Source of the DNA: an uncultured Victivallales bacterium
GTDB taxonomy: Bacteria; Verrucomicrobiota; Lentisphaeria; Oligosphaerales; JABHEG01
NCBI GenBank assembly: GCA_964607765.1
Contig: CAZSNT010000021.1
Coordinates: forward strand, 10,837 to 74,836
Reading direction: 5' to 3'
Length of the DNA stretch: 64,000 nucleotides
Shown: one piece after another, positions 60,001-64,000 of the stretch
How positions within the stretch are numbered: position 1 is the stretch's first letter
Layout: each line of letters begins with the position of its first letter
Notes under the pieces: model-generated
The model's database searches: none
What the model was told of the DNA's origin: nothing
What the model saw: only the letters and a program-made list of their open reading frames with translations
Program-made: the position numbers and the translations under genes

Positions 60001-63000
60001 GTGCGCGTTGATGATCACATAGGGCCCGGGATCCTCCTCCGTGCCGTCGAGCTTCGGCGCGCCGGCCGCGATGATGAAGCAGGACTGAGTGCCATCGTCC
60101 GGACAGGTCTCAAGCCTGTTGAGCGTCTCGTCGGTGAGGTACTTCCTGAAGCTGTCCGGGACCTTGAACTGCTGTTGCTGGCTGGTCGTGTTGACGATCA
60201 CCCGCGCGCTCAGCTCAACGCTGAAGATGTCTCTGAGCACGGATGCATTGCCAATGCTGACCCCCACCTCGATGTCACAGGCGAAGCCGTCCGAGTTGAT
60301 GACCAGAACGCCGAGCGCGCTGAAGTCGAAAATGCTGAAATCGTCAGGGCCAATCTGCAGCTCGGCGTTGACGAACAGGTCCAGACCATCCGTACGGATC
60401 TCAAGGATGAAGACGCCGCTGAGGCGGAACATCTCGGCGCCGTCTTTGCCCGCGTTGAACACGAGCATGCCGGCGATCTGGATCTGGATGGTCTCCTTCG
60501 GGATGACGTACTCCTCGAAGTCGTCAGGCCCGTAAAGGATGGTGATGGTCTTGTCGCTGGACATGCTGTTGACGACGAAGTTGACATCCGCCGCCAACTC
60601 GATGCCGATCTCACGCAATCCCGGGAAGTCCGCCTGCAGACGCGCGACGCCAACCACGCCGTTCCGGTTGATCTCCAGGTAGCCGAAAGCGAGGACCTCG
60701 CCCAGCGGGCCAAGCTGCATGCGGGCACTGATCTGCAGCTCCAGCTTGTCCATGCTGACTTCGAAGCGGAACGCGCCCTGCAGCTTGAACATCTGCGCAA
60801 TCGTCAGCGTGCCCGCGCCCTGGATGACCACATACGGGCCGGCAGTGCCTAGTGTGCCGTCGATCTGCGGTGGACCGCGCGGGACGTTCACGTAGTACTT
60901 GCCTTCCGAGGCATGCACATCCAGCTGCTGGCCGAGCACACTGTTCGTCTGCACGATGTACTCGTTGCCGTCAGCGTCCGTGAGCTCCCATCTGTCCTCC
61001 TTGTAGATCTTGCGCACGGCCACCGCACCAACCAGCGGCAACCCCTCAGACGCAAAAGCCGCCGCCAGTGCGTCAGGCACGGAGCCGCCGTCCAGTGCCG
61101 TCACCATCGAGCCGTCGCTGTCCTCCACGCTGAAGTGCACATCGCCGGTGCCGAACTCGAGGCTGTCGACAAACTCCTGATCCAAGTACCCCTTCTGCGG
61201 ATCGAGGAAGATGTCCGGGATGCGGAAGTCAAGGTACTTCCCAGACGTGTTGACCCACAGATCGAACTCCGCATCGAATTCGAGGATCTCGGCCGAGCCC
61301 ATGGTCAAGCTCAGGTTGAGCTGCAACGCGAATCCCTCGTCGTTGAGCAGCAACACGCCGAGCGCATCGAATGTGAAAAGCCGGAAGTCCGGCGGACCAA
61401 GGTCCAGGTCGGCTTTCACGAACACTTCCACGCCCGCCACGCTGATCTTCATGTAGAACACGCCGCTCAGACGGAACAGTTCCGGGTCGTCGTCCTCGAT
61501 CGGCGGGATCCTGAACGTGAGCACGCCAGCCGCAGCAATGGCGAACGTGAACGGGTCGAGCACAAACGTCTGTCCCTCGCCGGCGATACTGAGCTGATTG
61601 CCGTCCTTGTCGACGAAGTACTGTTTGTTGTCATCACCGTTGTCGATGATCTTCCACTTCTTGCCCGACTCCACGCCTTGGACCGTGATGCTGTCCGTCA
61701 ACTCAACGCCGTTGTCGATGAATGCCTGCTTCAGTGCTGCGGGAATCGTCTTCTTGAAGCTGTCCGGCGAAAGGTCTGCCGGCAGTCCGGAGCTGATGCC
61801 GTTGTCCTCGGTGACAAACAGCTCGTCGCCTTTGATGCCTTCGAGGAAAATGGTCTCGGTCTTGGTCTCGTGCGTGGCATTGATCTGCAGCAGGTACATG
61901 GCATTCGCATGAATACCGATCTCCCTGAACTTCTCAAGGTTAGTCTCAAGTTTCAGAACCCCCCAGAGCTGAAGGAAGCTCGTCCCGAAGATCGAACCGC
62001 CACCGGTGTCATCACCTGGATTGTCACCGATCCCCAACACGAAACGGCCGGCCGCGCTCGCGATATTGCCCAAGTAGATCAGCTCAAGTGTGCCGTTCAC
62101 GTCAAGAGCAAAGCGGGCCTTCGTGACTGCGCCCGTATCCGGGTCGAGAATGAAATCGACGCTCAACTCGGTCATGCCGCGAATCGCAATGAGTGGGTCA
62201 GGCGTACCGTCACCGTTGTAGTCCGGGGTCAACCCCGCTGCATTCAACTCGAAGAAGCCCGACATCCTGAAGACAATGGATGCGGCCTGTGATATGACGC
62301 GGAAATTGTCGCTGTGCGCGATGTTCCGATTGCCGGCCATGTCTTCCCAACTGTCGACGAGGAACCGGACGGTGACGAGCCCATCCTCCAGTTCGCCGGT
62401 GAAGTAGAACCGGAACACATTGTCACCCAGATCCTCCGCAACGCCCGTGAACGTGACGTTCCCGGCCCCCTCGCCGTTGAATGCAATCTCGTGTCCCGTG
62501 TCCGTGATGCTCGCCGCGTTCAGACCCTTGCCGGTCACGTCGTTGAACAGGACATCGATGTAACCCCTGTCGCTCAGCAACACCCGATCAATTGTGTCGT
62601 GGTGCCCCGGGTCAACCAGCGTGGCGGTCGGAGTGGCGACGGTGAACTGTCCCTGAGCCGCCAGGTTGTAGAAACCGCCCGTGTCCTCCCAGGCACTCAC
62701 AGCGAAAAGCACAGCCACGTCGCCCGGCAGGAAGGCGCCGGTGAAGAAATAGCGGAACGTGTAGTTGAGGTCGTGCACCTCCAGGCCATGCGCCCGGCCA
62801 CTGGCGACCCGTGTGATCATGTACTCGCGATCGTCGGCAGTATCGGGCGTGCCGCGCGAGTCCGTGACCCGCCACTCGGCCCCGGCTGTCACCACCGTCA
62901 CCGTCACGCCGTCGTCCGACAGCGACCGACTTGCGGACTTGAACGTGGCACGCAGTGCGTCCGGCACAGCGCCGCCGTCCAAAGCCGCACTGAGACCGGC

Positions 63001-64000
63001 GTCGTCCACGCTGAACAGGAACTCACCCGGGACCTTCACGACCTGGTCCGGGCCGTTCAGGATCTCCACATCGGCAGCGCCGCCGCCGTCGAGCACAAAC
63101 TCGGCGCCCTCGTCGGTTATGCTGCTCTCAACGAGATCGTTGCCGGACGTGGGTGTAAACGTCACATCGATGTAGCCCTGACCGTTCATCTCGGACGGGC
63201 CCTTGACGCTCGACGCAAGGTCGCCAGCCAATGTGGCCGTCGGGCCCTGGAGTAGGAAAGTCTCGGTCTCGCCGGCGTTCGCGTTGCCAAGGCTGTCCTC
63301 GAAGATCCCGGACTCGAAGGTTACCTGCCACTCGCCCGGCGTGAAATCGAGCGCCGCAGGAATCGCGTACCGGTACATGCCGTCAGGCTGCTTCTCTGGC
63401 GGGCCGCGGATCTCCCAGGACGTGCCGTCCCCCCTGGTCACGGTCATCACGAGCGTGCCAGCCGCGATGTCGAGGACGGAGGACTCGAGAAGTTCCCCGT
63501 CGGACGGAGGTCTGATGTTGACGTCGAAGTAATGACGCTCGTTCAGCGTGGCCACGTCGAAGTTGCTGCCGTCTGACGGGTCGACCAAATCCGCTGTCGG
63601 CCCCGTAACCGTGAAACGCTGGGTGGACGCAGGATTCGCGTAGCCCGTGTCGTCCAGCCACGAGCCGGCCGCAAAGTCAACCGTCACCTCGCCCGTGGTG
63701 AACTCGAAGTCCGACGGCAGCGCGAAACGGTACTCCGAGCCGTCCTGAGTGCCTGGGCCATGCACGTCGAGCGTCCTGCCGTCAGCCAGTGTCAGGGTGA
63801 AGACAAGATCGCTGTCACTCACGCTGTCTTCGTCCAACTCGCCGCCGGGCGCCGGGAGGTACTGCACACCGATCGTCTTGTTCGCGTTCAGGGTCCCCAC
63901 GTAGACCGTACCCCCATGCTCCGGGAACGTCAGCACGGCCTGCGCATCCTGAACGGTGAACGAAACGGTTGCTTCACGGTTGCCGTTCAGCGCGTCATCG
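1..64000 (-). CDS. Internal segment of one giant ORF (21,333 complete codons, both ends outside the window); mosaic extracellular repeat / adhesin-like fibre protein
   Basis: Hand translation of the reverse complement in the phase with codons at 3k+1..3k+3 is stop-free over every stretch I translated: contiguously nt 63999-53341, 51480-46981 and 40620-37681, plus >80 single 60-nt lines spread from nt 36700 down to nt 1. It always yields domain-like sequence (e.g. nt 60-1 IPIKVNDVPALTEHDVLTVF). Track logic: every listed minus-strand ORF begins at a coordinate = 0 or 2 mod 3, none in phase 1. Because the track lists start-to-stop ORFs, a single in-frame stop would have produced a very long listed ORF. 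All long plus-strand ORFs (starts 19, 1915, 6445, 13648, 20488, 43501 ..., all = 1 mod 3) are the codon-aligned antisense shadow expected of a GC3-rich gene that almost never uses TTA/CTA/TCA. Confidence 0.9.
25..420 (-). other. Cadherin-like / 'tandem-95'-type Ig module ending in ..VNDVP
   Basis: nt 420->25 reads LSVPASLETNEGVELAVDSVVLSDGDADARPMTVTLSLAQQASNAVLVVVPQGSVQASGNGTATLELVGVLGDLNATLATLLYRPAADAAPLSYFVDTLTIEATDNGGPGKGGAQSATETIPIKVNDVPAL. The layout G.a.L.L.G.L..LN..L..L.Y.P......D.L.I...D.G.....I.I.V.DVP is typical of ~100-aa modules in very large RTX-type adhesins (recognised by eye). Confidence 0.55.
421..710 (-). other. Cadherin-like domain
   Basis: nt 710->421: VITGDMLTAADADNGAAELTYTLDALPASGTLFRDGAALSQGDTFTQADLDAARISYAHDGSETVSDSFDFTVRDANGGSVTGSFTILVDPVNDTPQ. 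This carries the classic LTYTL / FTQADLD / Y.HDGSE / DSF.F.V.D / VNDTP signature of bacterial cadherin-like domains. Confidence 0.7.
711..1500 (-). other. Beta-helix-like 'SAGAGGIN' cassette (one copy of a dispersed ~330-370-aa unit)
   Basis: nt 1080->1021 SAGAGGINVLEADDLTVGTV. The flanking sequence is G/A/T/V/D/S-rich with short alternating strands, matching the cassettes at 10.7, 18.0, 20.1, 20.8 and 21.6 kb. Confidence 0.5.
1500..8800 (-). repeat. 13-14 tandem ~535-nt (~180-aa) coding repeats, two subtypes that mostly alternate; beta-strand-repeat 'stalk'
   Basis: One full unit was translated (nt 7680->7081): TITNAGLLDIAPGADMTLGGAFLQNGAGAVQTAGDIATAGDAITFGAAVTLTDAHAVALTTGLGLGTITFGSTLDGTTPYTEHLGLAAGTGNIDFDGVVGGSVPLGGLGIANAADVTADSAITADTFAQDAGTGDTQFDGPVTLLASTGVGLALTTNTVTLNSTIDTLTAGNGGTVTITNAGLLDIAPGADM... 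The antisense marker catgtc.gcgcccgg.gcgatgtc.agca.gccggcgtt.gtgatcgt recurs near 1760, 2270, 2810, 3350, 3881, 4420, 4960, 5492, 6040, 6570, 7106, 7631, 8160 and 8690. Confidence 0.85.
8800..11060 (-). other. Beta-helix-like region including one 'GGINL' cassette
   Basis: nt 10740->10681 VTAVAGQGGINLLEADDVTV; nt 10500->10441 DGVGVSATGGGNVLLQAQGA. Boundaries are approximate. Confidence 0.45.
11080..13620 (-). repeat. Array of ~8 'TLTV..TTA..V..AIN' modules (~80-105 aa each)
   Basis: nt 13500->13261 DPVGENNEITVVPNADGETYNGLEIVLVDSVAKGSETAVYDAGANRLTVSIEFGSTGSTAAEVVAAINAEAGNVFTASLT; nt 11820->11761 NAVVAAVNAEGTFTATLDTT; nt 11520->11461 NVGETDANAIVAAINADGTF; nt 11220->11101 VATYDAGTRTVTVAIHGGITRAATVIAAVNDMQDGPVAAT. 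Confidence 0.7.
13640..14930 (-). other. Beta-helix-like segment
   Basis: nt 14520->14461 DRIDVSAGTDGSGNVTVNTG. Composition and strand periodicity resemble the other cassettes; only sparsely translated. Confidence 0.35.
14940..17100 (-). repeat. Array of ~7 AIN modules
   Basis: nt 16980->16801 YLDDASLTGDTTAAAYDAGSSTLSITINSGVTTAATVIGEVNAGANSATIPFTAANAAGS; nt 15000->14941 AGQTTSTTVVAAINAVAGLP. Confidence 0.65.
17100..18100 (-). other. 'GGIS/INL' beta-helix cassette
   Basis: nt 18000->17941 TTTGGGGISLEDATNVGVDT; nt 18120->18061 GADTVDVYANGLRLSAGAGV opens the cassette; nt 17160->17101 LETQADSITVNGAVTGSALV. Confidence 0.5.
18105..19480 (-). repeat. Eight tandem 56-aa (168-nt) Tyr/Asp/Gly-rich 'YYYDADGDG ... 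GEDVWRDE ... YD.GIDT ... GYQI' repeats, family unassigned
   Basis: nt 19200->18781: AETGIQTGLYYRDADGDGAHDDTEDIWSDGAGSRAGLYDDGTDALVLGGGDGYQIAGAEQGRNDGLYYHDANADAAYTTGEDVWRDEAGGTAGQYDHGIDTRVYDGGNGYQIGPEQGSQGGLYYYDADANQVHTAGEDLW. The GLYY-to-GLYY spacing is exactly 168 nt. Confidence 0.8.
19480..21690 (-). repeat. Two to three consecutive 'SAGAGGINL' beta-helix cassettes
   Basis: nt 20160->20101 NAVETDVATLTASAGAGGIN; nt 20880->20821 SPVDIEARVLSASAGAGGIN; nt 21600->21541 GTIAAQTTSGGGGISLVDAT; nt 19980->19921 RDGSNGSIVFRTVDGSITVN; nt 20700->20641 RDGSNGSIVLRTGVAGGGIT. Confidence 0.6.
21690..22040 (-). repeat. Second, short (about 2-unit) array of the 56-aa YYYD repeat
   Basis: nt 21960->21841 GGSDGYQLSGGETGTQTGVYYYDPNADGYTEGDDIWRDEA; entered from ..IIATNGTISDAAGTGEEDLW (nt 22080->22021). 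Confidence 0.7.
22040..23400 (-). other. Divergent beta-helix cassette
   Basis: nt 22200->22081 GKNIRLEAADNVQLGLVDARTAADRAVGTLSEQADWGLVA parallels nt 19620->19501 AADDVVLGTLDARTAADRAAGTTASQASWGSVAVIAASGT. Confidence 0.45.
23420..24200 (-). repeat. Two AIN-type modules
   Basis: nt 24000->23941 KILTIKVDLDNTRAVTVRDQ. The surrounding sequence read by eye follows the module pattern (..NRTLTVTAQL...IVNAI..). Confidence 0.45.
24200..25900 (-). other. Beta-helix-like segment of a different flavour
   Basis: nt 24960->24901 GEHLVLNAGTGDIVIQGDIG; short G.I.I.G.I strands throughout; only sparsely translated. Confidence 0.35.
26250..26480 (-). repeat. RTX (hemolysin-type Ca-binding GGxGxD) nonapeptide block
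   Basis: nt 26400->26341 NDTLNGGAGADRLYGGAGDD, continuing ..TLQGAAGNDVLSGGTGSDTF by eye. Confidence 0.75.
26760..27860 (-). other. Leucine-rich-repeat segment interrupted by a LamG jelly-roll
   Basis: N-side LRRs, nt 27840->27601: GEAIRVSDMTTLIDLQLDNLGIVDLTGLQFARNAQTLNLNGNRVADFALLQP...GLNQLVNLSVDHN. C-side LRRs, nt 26940->26761: ..ITHLDDLKEPISLTRLSADHNRITDISAIGELMELTFLSLDGS. Confidence 0.55.
27120..27615 (-). other. LamG / concanavalin-like (Laminin_G_3-type) domain
   Basis: nt 27600->27541 VFDGNDDVVSVTVNVPEDKF; nt 27360->27301 ADGQWHHVAYVFGADALGVG; nt 27180->27121 PHFRGVLDDVRIWEDDLTAA. These are the three hallmark LamG_3 motifs, in canonical order. Confidence 0.75.
28000..28140 (-). repeat. 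Short RTX-like Ca-binding turn cluster
   Basis: nt 28140->28021 PDRDLDEIHGGDGDDTILGSGDHDQLYGESGEDTFVAEPK. Confidence 0.6.
28200..31130 (-). repeat. ELWxxDGT-type repeat (beta-propeller-like) block 2, >=15 blades, with a non-blade insert near 29.7-30.1 kb
   Basis: nt 28620->28561 DENLFLMIDGDELWKSDGTA; nt 30420->30361 LYFTVQDGSDLQLWTSTGPG; nt 31080->31021 EALYFTVDDGGTQLWSSDGE. Confidence 0.7.
31130..35330 (-). repeat. Array of 13 AIN modules (~105 aa, ~310-nt period)
   Basis: nt 33900->33781 TYAIGDANIVVDVRSNGTSTTQDVADAIDALDAFIAAGGQ; nt 35340->35041 ..LWRLRPGYASVTIDPDGANNSMRIDATASGDLYAGIPVMFVDDGTDGAGNSLSGDSAVARYLGSTLFIYIDNDQTTVNTIDTALDAVSEFDLVPLEGGTG. The '..G.TT...V..AI(N/D)' core recurs near 35100, 34790, 34480, 34180, 33850, 33530, 33210, 32900, 32570, 32260, 31950, 31600 and 31290. 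Confidence 0.7.
35340..36700 (-). repeat. ELWxxDGT-type repeat block 1 (about 10 blades)
   Basis: nt 36600->36541 GWQLWKSSGTAPGTVMVTGV; nt 36480->36421 NGTTGTVELWKSDGTAVTTA; nt 35940->35881 TADDSSSGTELWQTNGTQAQ; nt 35400->35341 VAGGTDMLFFVADDNDHGAE followed by LWRL. Confidence 0.75.
36960..38330 (-). repeat. FG-GAP (integrin-alpha-like) repeats with one AIN module inserted (37.80-38.09 kb)
   Basis: nt 38340->38221 FAPDFDSDLQAVIAGDVNGDSLDDIALVNRHFEGVANTDG; nt 37800->37681 QHAVLNVTDTDLGAGAFALGDLNDDGYDDFAVSRLREDAG. Inserted module, nt 38100->37801: VNVPASVVFDFGGANNALRVEAKATTNAFDAYTVEFINDNGLADGSPVSTVYSVGAKTLTVRVKNGVTTAEGARAAMADTNGFRDLFDVSL. Confidence 0.7.
38330..39950 (-). repeat. Four tandem proprotein-convertase-type P domains with no protease domain in view
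   Basis: P1: INDVNVTLQLSHTYDYDLDIYLISPQGTRIRL...GTWTLEIRDRLGGDKGWLHGWKLDV (39930->39560). P2: VTDVDLFLDIDHYRLSDVKVELRSP...GTWTLRVTDL...VDDWQLLI (39500->39140). P3: ITDVDVTLDITHPNVEDLTVWLVNPDGSRRVELF...GGWYLEVSDGQGNFQGTINDWSLDI (39095->38745). P4: ITDVDVRLQITHPDVSDLQAWLINPDGDEVLLF...GTWRLKITDSAGTHVGALAEWSLLF (38705->38345). All were translated contiguously. Confidence 0.8.
40075..40590 (-). other. PA14 domain
   Basis: nt 40590->40081: GLRAWYYNDFYTDGWFWFPAEIRRLGATGTLGNSTLAGTRIDSQVYGRWATGTPWSGAVDADQFSVRWKGYVQVRHTGNYTFQTVSDDGARLWIDVDDNGVFDEDILVDAWHDQGFTAHNSRPVTLTEGEKYMIQMEYFENSSHSNVDLRWTGPG. This matches the canonical PA14 motif string (FS.RW.G.....G.Y.F....DDG.RL.ID ... Y.I..EY.E......L.W). Confidence 0.85.
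40700..43640 (-). repeat. FG-GAP repeat region (~8 Ca-binding loops; integrin-alpha-like propeller) carrying an AIN module (43.19-43.48 kb) and a jelly-roll insert
   Basis: nt 43620->43561 DWDWKPVAIPVGDVNGDGYA; nt 43080->43021 ..FFAEPGDYNGD; nt 42000->41941 IAGLGDIDGDGEDEFAASSA; nt 41340->41281 AQGIGDFDGDGADDAVVYGE. AIN module, nt 43320->43201: VAYDDGSRTLTVTIDDGQTTAQTVVDAINGDADIPFVASL. Confidence 0.75.
42235..42690 (-). other. MAM-like / galactose-binding-like jelly-roll inserted between FG-GAP repeats
   Basis: nt 42720->42241: DLDDFTVAGDLWHRTNRRAADVGHSASWSLYFGQSTGLKAGTYDTGARVTGTATSDSVDLTGIVSASLKFNYFLRTEKLPAQFDQAEVFVSTDNFTTSTLLASNDPAAGVLTLSEEGSGWHAATVDLSAFAGQTIKIRFEFDSVDNQINNLEGWYVDDVE. The pattern W...Y.G...Y......S..IDL.....L.F........D...V.VS.D.......W....VDLS.(F/Y)AGQ.I.IRF.F.S......EGWY.DDV is shared by MAM-like domains of secreted metalloproteases. 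Confidence 0.6.
43650..49860 (-). other. Mixed region: ~9 AIN-type modules alternating with short RTX/EF-like Ca-binding blocks and PPC-like domains
   Basis: AIN-type: nt 48840->48601 ..SADAHFSLVLSGNPAVDVTVAKSATDDNVELDDLVADVNTALVAAGIGDWVVAGRNQLESGAAGNRITLT; nt 48420->48241 ..HFSLRVGGGDAIALTISVAATADNTTVDDLVQDLADVLDAAGLSDRVEAGRNGSRLTLSI. RTX: nt 49140->48961 ..GGEDNDTLRGTGGRDRIDGGKGSDWLYGLGGDDMIWGDGG..GQGNDDLIGGQG; nt 45600->45481 RKDVILGGTGHDVLSGGAGEDWIFGGAGNDVITGGYDEQA. Confidence 0.6.
45790..46340 (-). other. Two PPC-like (bacterial pre-peptidase C-terminal type) domains
   Basis: nt 46380->46201 TSFTGLTMDSPDDTDWYSFQFATAPSAGASLSLVSTSEIDGLLLAIFKADGTSPTDNDMD; nt 46140->45781 ..DAFEIDDIEDLSRIVGLTLHSADDVDWFVFDLAAAGTSATKLNLLKLSGNLAMTLYDADGQIL...GQVYVKVESTDGNPATYEL. 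The hallmarks are D.DW(Y/F).F ... L.LYD..G ... YY/YV.V. Confidence 0.65.
49860..51400 (-). repeat. Classical RTX nonapeptide (GGxGxDxL/I/F) region
   Basis: nt 50040->49861 [60 protein letters not shown]; further blocks at nt 50940->50761 (GGSNGGNDDLYGGLGNDIMFGGPADDLIVGNTGNDLLFGEAGMDVMWGG) and nt 50580->50401. Confidence 0.85.
51400..54000 (-). repeat. ~14 RTX-derived ~65-aa units (two alternating subtypes, ~130-aa super-period) built on 'D(T)I.GG.G.D.I.GG...D.ILGDNG'
   Basis: nt 52080->51721: IIGGDGKDILFGDGATITRDNSRVITEIESRDTAYGGDDSIDLTGNGWADTIIGGRGHDTIAGGPDSAADTILGDNGMMFFDVGSSDSYDFMTTAPEYGGRDTITGGPGDDIILGGTGDT. nt 53940->53341 shows IVGDLGVIV / ILGDNGVVV / ILGDGGWIT / ILGDNGVAN at ~190-nt spacing. 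Confidence 0.75.
54000..55250 (-). other. Beta-roll-like 'LGSGGDEF / GGGNDT' segment
   Basis: nt 54660->54481 RLTGLDMSGNDPTKGMTYTNAETLNIRLGSGGDEFRIKGTPVTNLYTRGGNDAISVYSD; nt 54240->54121 GTGDDNIEIRSIRDTLPWIEVTQVNAGGGNDTVLVTEDEP; nt 55260->55141 GGGNDTINLQENVGETTIYTGGGSDTVNVASSVDSLDRIN. Confidence 0.5.
55690..56040 (-). other. Trp/aromatic-rich island (12 Trp in ~115 aa), function unknown
   Basis: nt 56040->55681: PELVWEDRSITIPWAHFEFRMSFWESIWGYFHGTNQSYIDAAVDRYISWISSGLKLGNPEFRVVDIDYDWAHAYRRWSWWGWRSYVRVWIQNLSIDYQVGHWEPRFETVTPEPVIVDPPP. Confidence 0.8.
58200..58520 (-). repeat. RTX nonapeptide block
   Basis: nt 58560->58201: GQDGDDYLIYNGDPSTGSVLLDGGNGDDYLEAGTEVDVPVTMVGGAGNDQLRHKGTSTSNLSGGSGNDILVGGPGNDTLNGGSGSDDITGNGGADTVYGGNDDDLIRW. 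Confidence 0.8.
58870..62290 (-). repeat. Three to four modules (~270-345 aa) of an unassigned, beta-rich, Lys/Phe/Ile/Leu-enriched type; locally lower GC
   Basis: nt 61482->61306 ELFRLSGVFYMKISVAGVEVFVKADLDLGPPDFRLFTFDALGVLLLNDEGFALQLNLSL aligns with nt 60435->60253 EMFRLSGVFILEIRTDGLDLFVNAELQIGPDDFSIFDFSALGVLVINSDGFACDIEVGVSI. Related half-units: SIVFRMSGFFELNAAGL (62280), TLTIAQMFKLQGAFRFEVSMDKLELQISARMQLGPLGEVLAFGYLEINRNG (60810), KMTIASVFVVEAWFRLKFSTEGLDLALQGTLELGPFGHL (59990). Fully translated, no stop. Confidence 0.7.
62290..64000 (-). repeat. Tandem Ig-like / beta-sandwich modules (N-terminal-most sequence in view; continue upstream of nt 64000)
   Basis: nt 63620->63230: RFTVTGPTADLVDPSDGSNFDVATLNERHYFDVNIRPPSDGELLESSVLDIAAGTLVMTVTRGDGTSWEIRGPPEKQPDGMYRYAIPAALDFTPGEWQVTFESGIFEDSLGNANAGETETFLLQGPTATL. 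The same ending recurs as FRYFFTGAFLPGDVAVLFAVSAWEDTGGFYNLAAQGQFTVATPTATLVDP (62755->62605) and FRFYFTGELEDGLVTVRFLVDSWEDMAGNRNIAHSDNFRV (62355->62235). Confidence 0.6.

Noticed and set aside
1-64000. Modular PKS/NRPS megasynthase as an explanation for a giant high-GC ORF
   Set aside because: No KS, AT, ACP/PCP, condensation or adenylation core motifs were seen in any translated stretch. All the content is adhesin-type repeats and binding domains.
1-64000. rRNA, tRNA or ncRNA genes, IS elements or transposases, prophage genes, promoters or terminators
   Set aside because: No non-coding interval exists in the window. No transposase- or integrase-like sequence, inverted terminal repeats or stable stem-loop plus T-tract were noticed. 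I cannot support any such feature.
1-64000. Pseudogene or frameshifted gene fragments stitched together
   Set aside because: The same phase (codons at 3k+1..3k+3) gives sensible domains at nt 1-720, 7081-7680, 13261-13620, 18781-19200, 26341-28140, 37681-40620, 46981-51480 and 53341-63999. No frame change or in-frame stop was encountered.

Overview
High-GC window (about two-thirds G+C by eye) with no intergenic DNA. All 64,000 nt lie inside one uninterrupted minus-strand reading frame: codons occupy 3k+1..3k+3, giving 21,333 complete codons (nt 63999->1), no stop, no plausible start, open at both edges. The supplied ORF track lists only start-to-stop ORFs, so it does not show this frame. Every ORF it lists is an out-of-frame or antisense shadow. 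Hand translation gives coherent extracellular-protein modules. In N->C order (high->low coordinates) they are: Ig-like repeats (64.0-62.3 kb); three modules of unknown type (62.3-58.9); RTX/Ca-binding blocks with a Trp-rich island (58.5-49.9); mixed 'TLTV..TTA..V..AIN' modules, short RTX blocks and PPC-like domains (49.9-43.6); an FG-GAP propeller with an inserted jelly-roll (43.6-40.7); PA14 (40.6-40.1); four tandem convertase-type P domains (39.9-38.3); a second FG-GAP region (38.3-37.0); an ELWxxDGT propeller (36.7-35.3); 13 AIN modules (35.3-31.1); a second ELWxxDGT propeller (31.1-28.2); LRRs split by a LamG jelly-roll (27.9-26.8); RTX (26.5-26.25). The last ~26 kb holds beta-helix-like cassettes interspersed with AIN-module arrays, two arrays of a 56-aa 'YYYDADGDG' repeat, a 7.3-kb array of ~180-aa tandem repeats (8.8-1.5 kb) and cadherin-like modules at the 3' edge. 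I could not support any RNA gene, mobile element, CRISPR array or regulatory site. The headline is the gene itself: a giant surface or secreted fibre gene of more than 64 kb and more than 21,000 codons (roughly >2 MDa), with both true ends outside the window and several repeat families I cannot assign to named families. All domain names come from motif recognition by eye; no HMM or database search was run.
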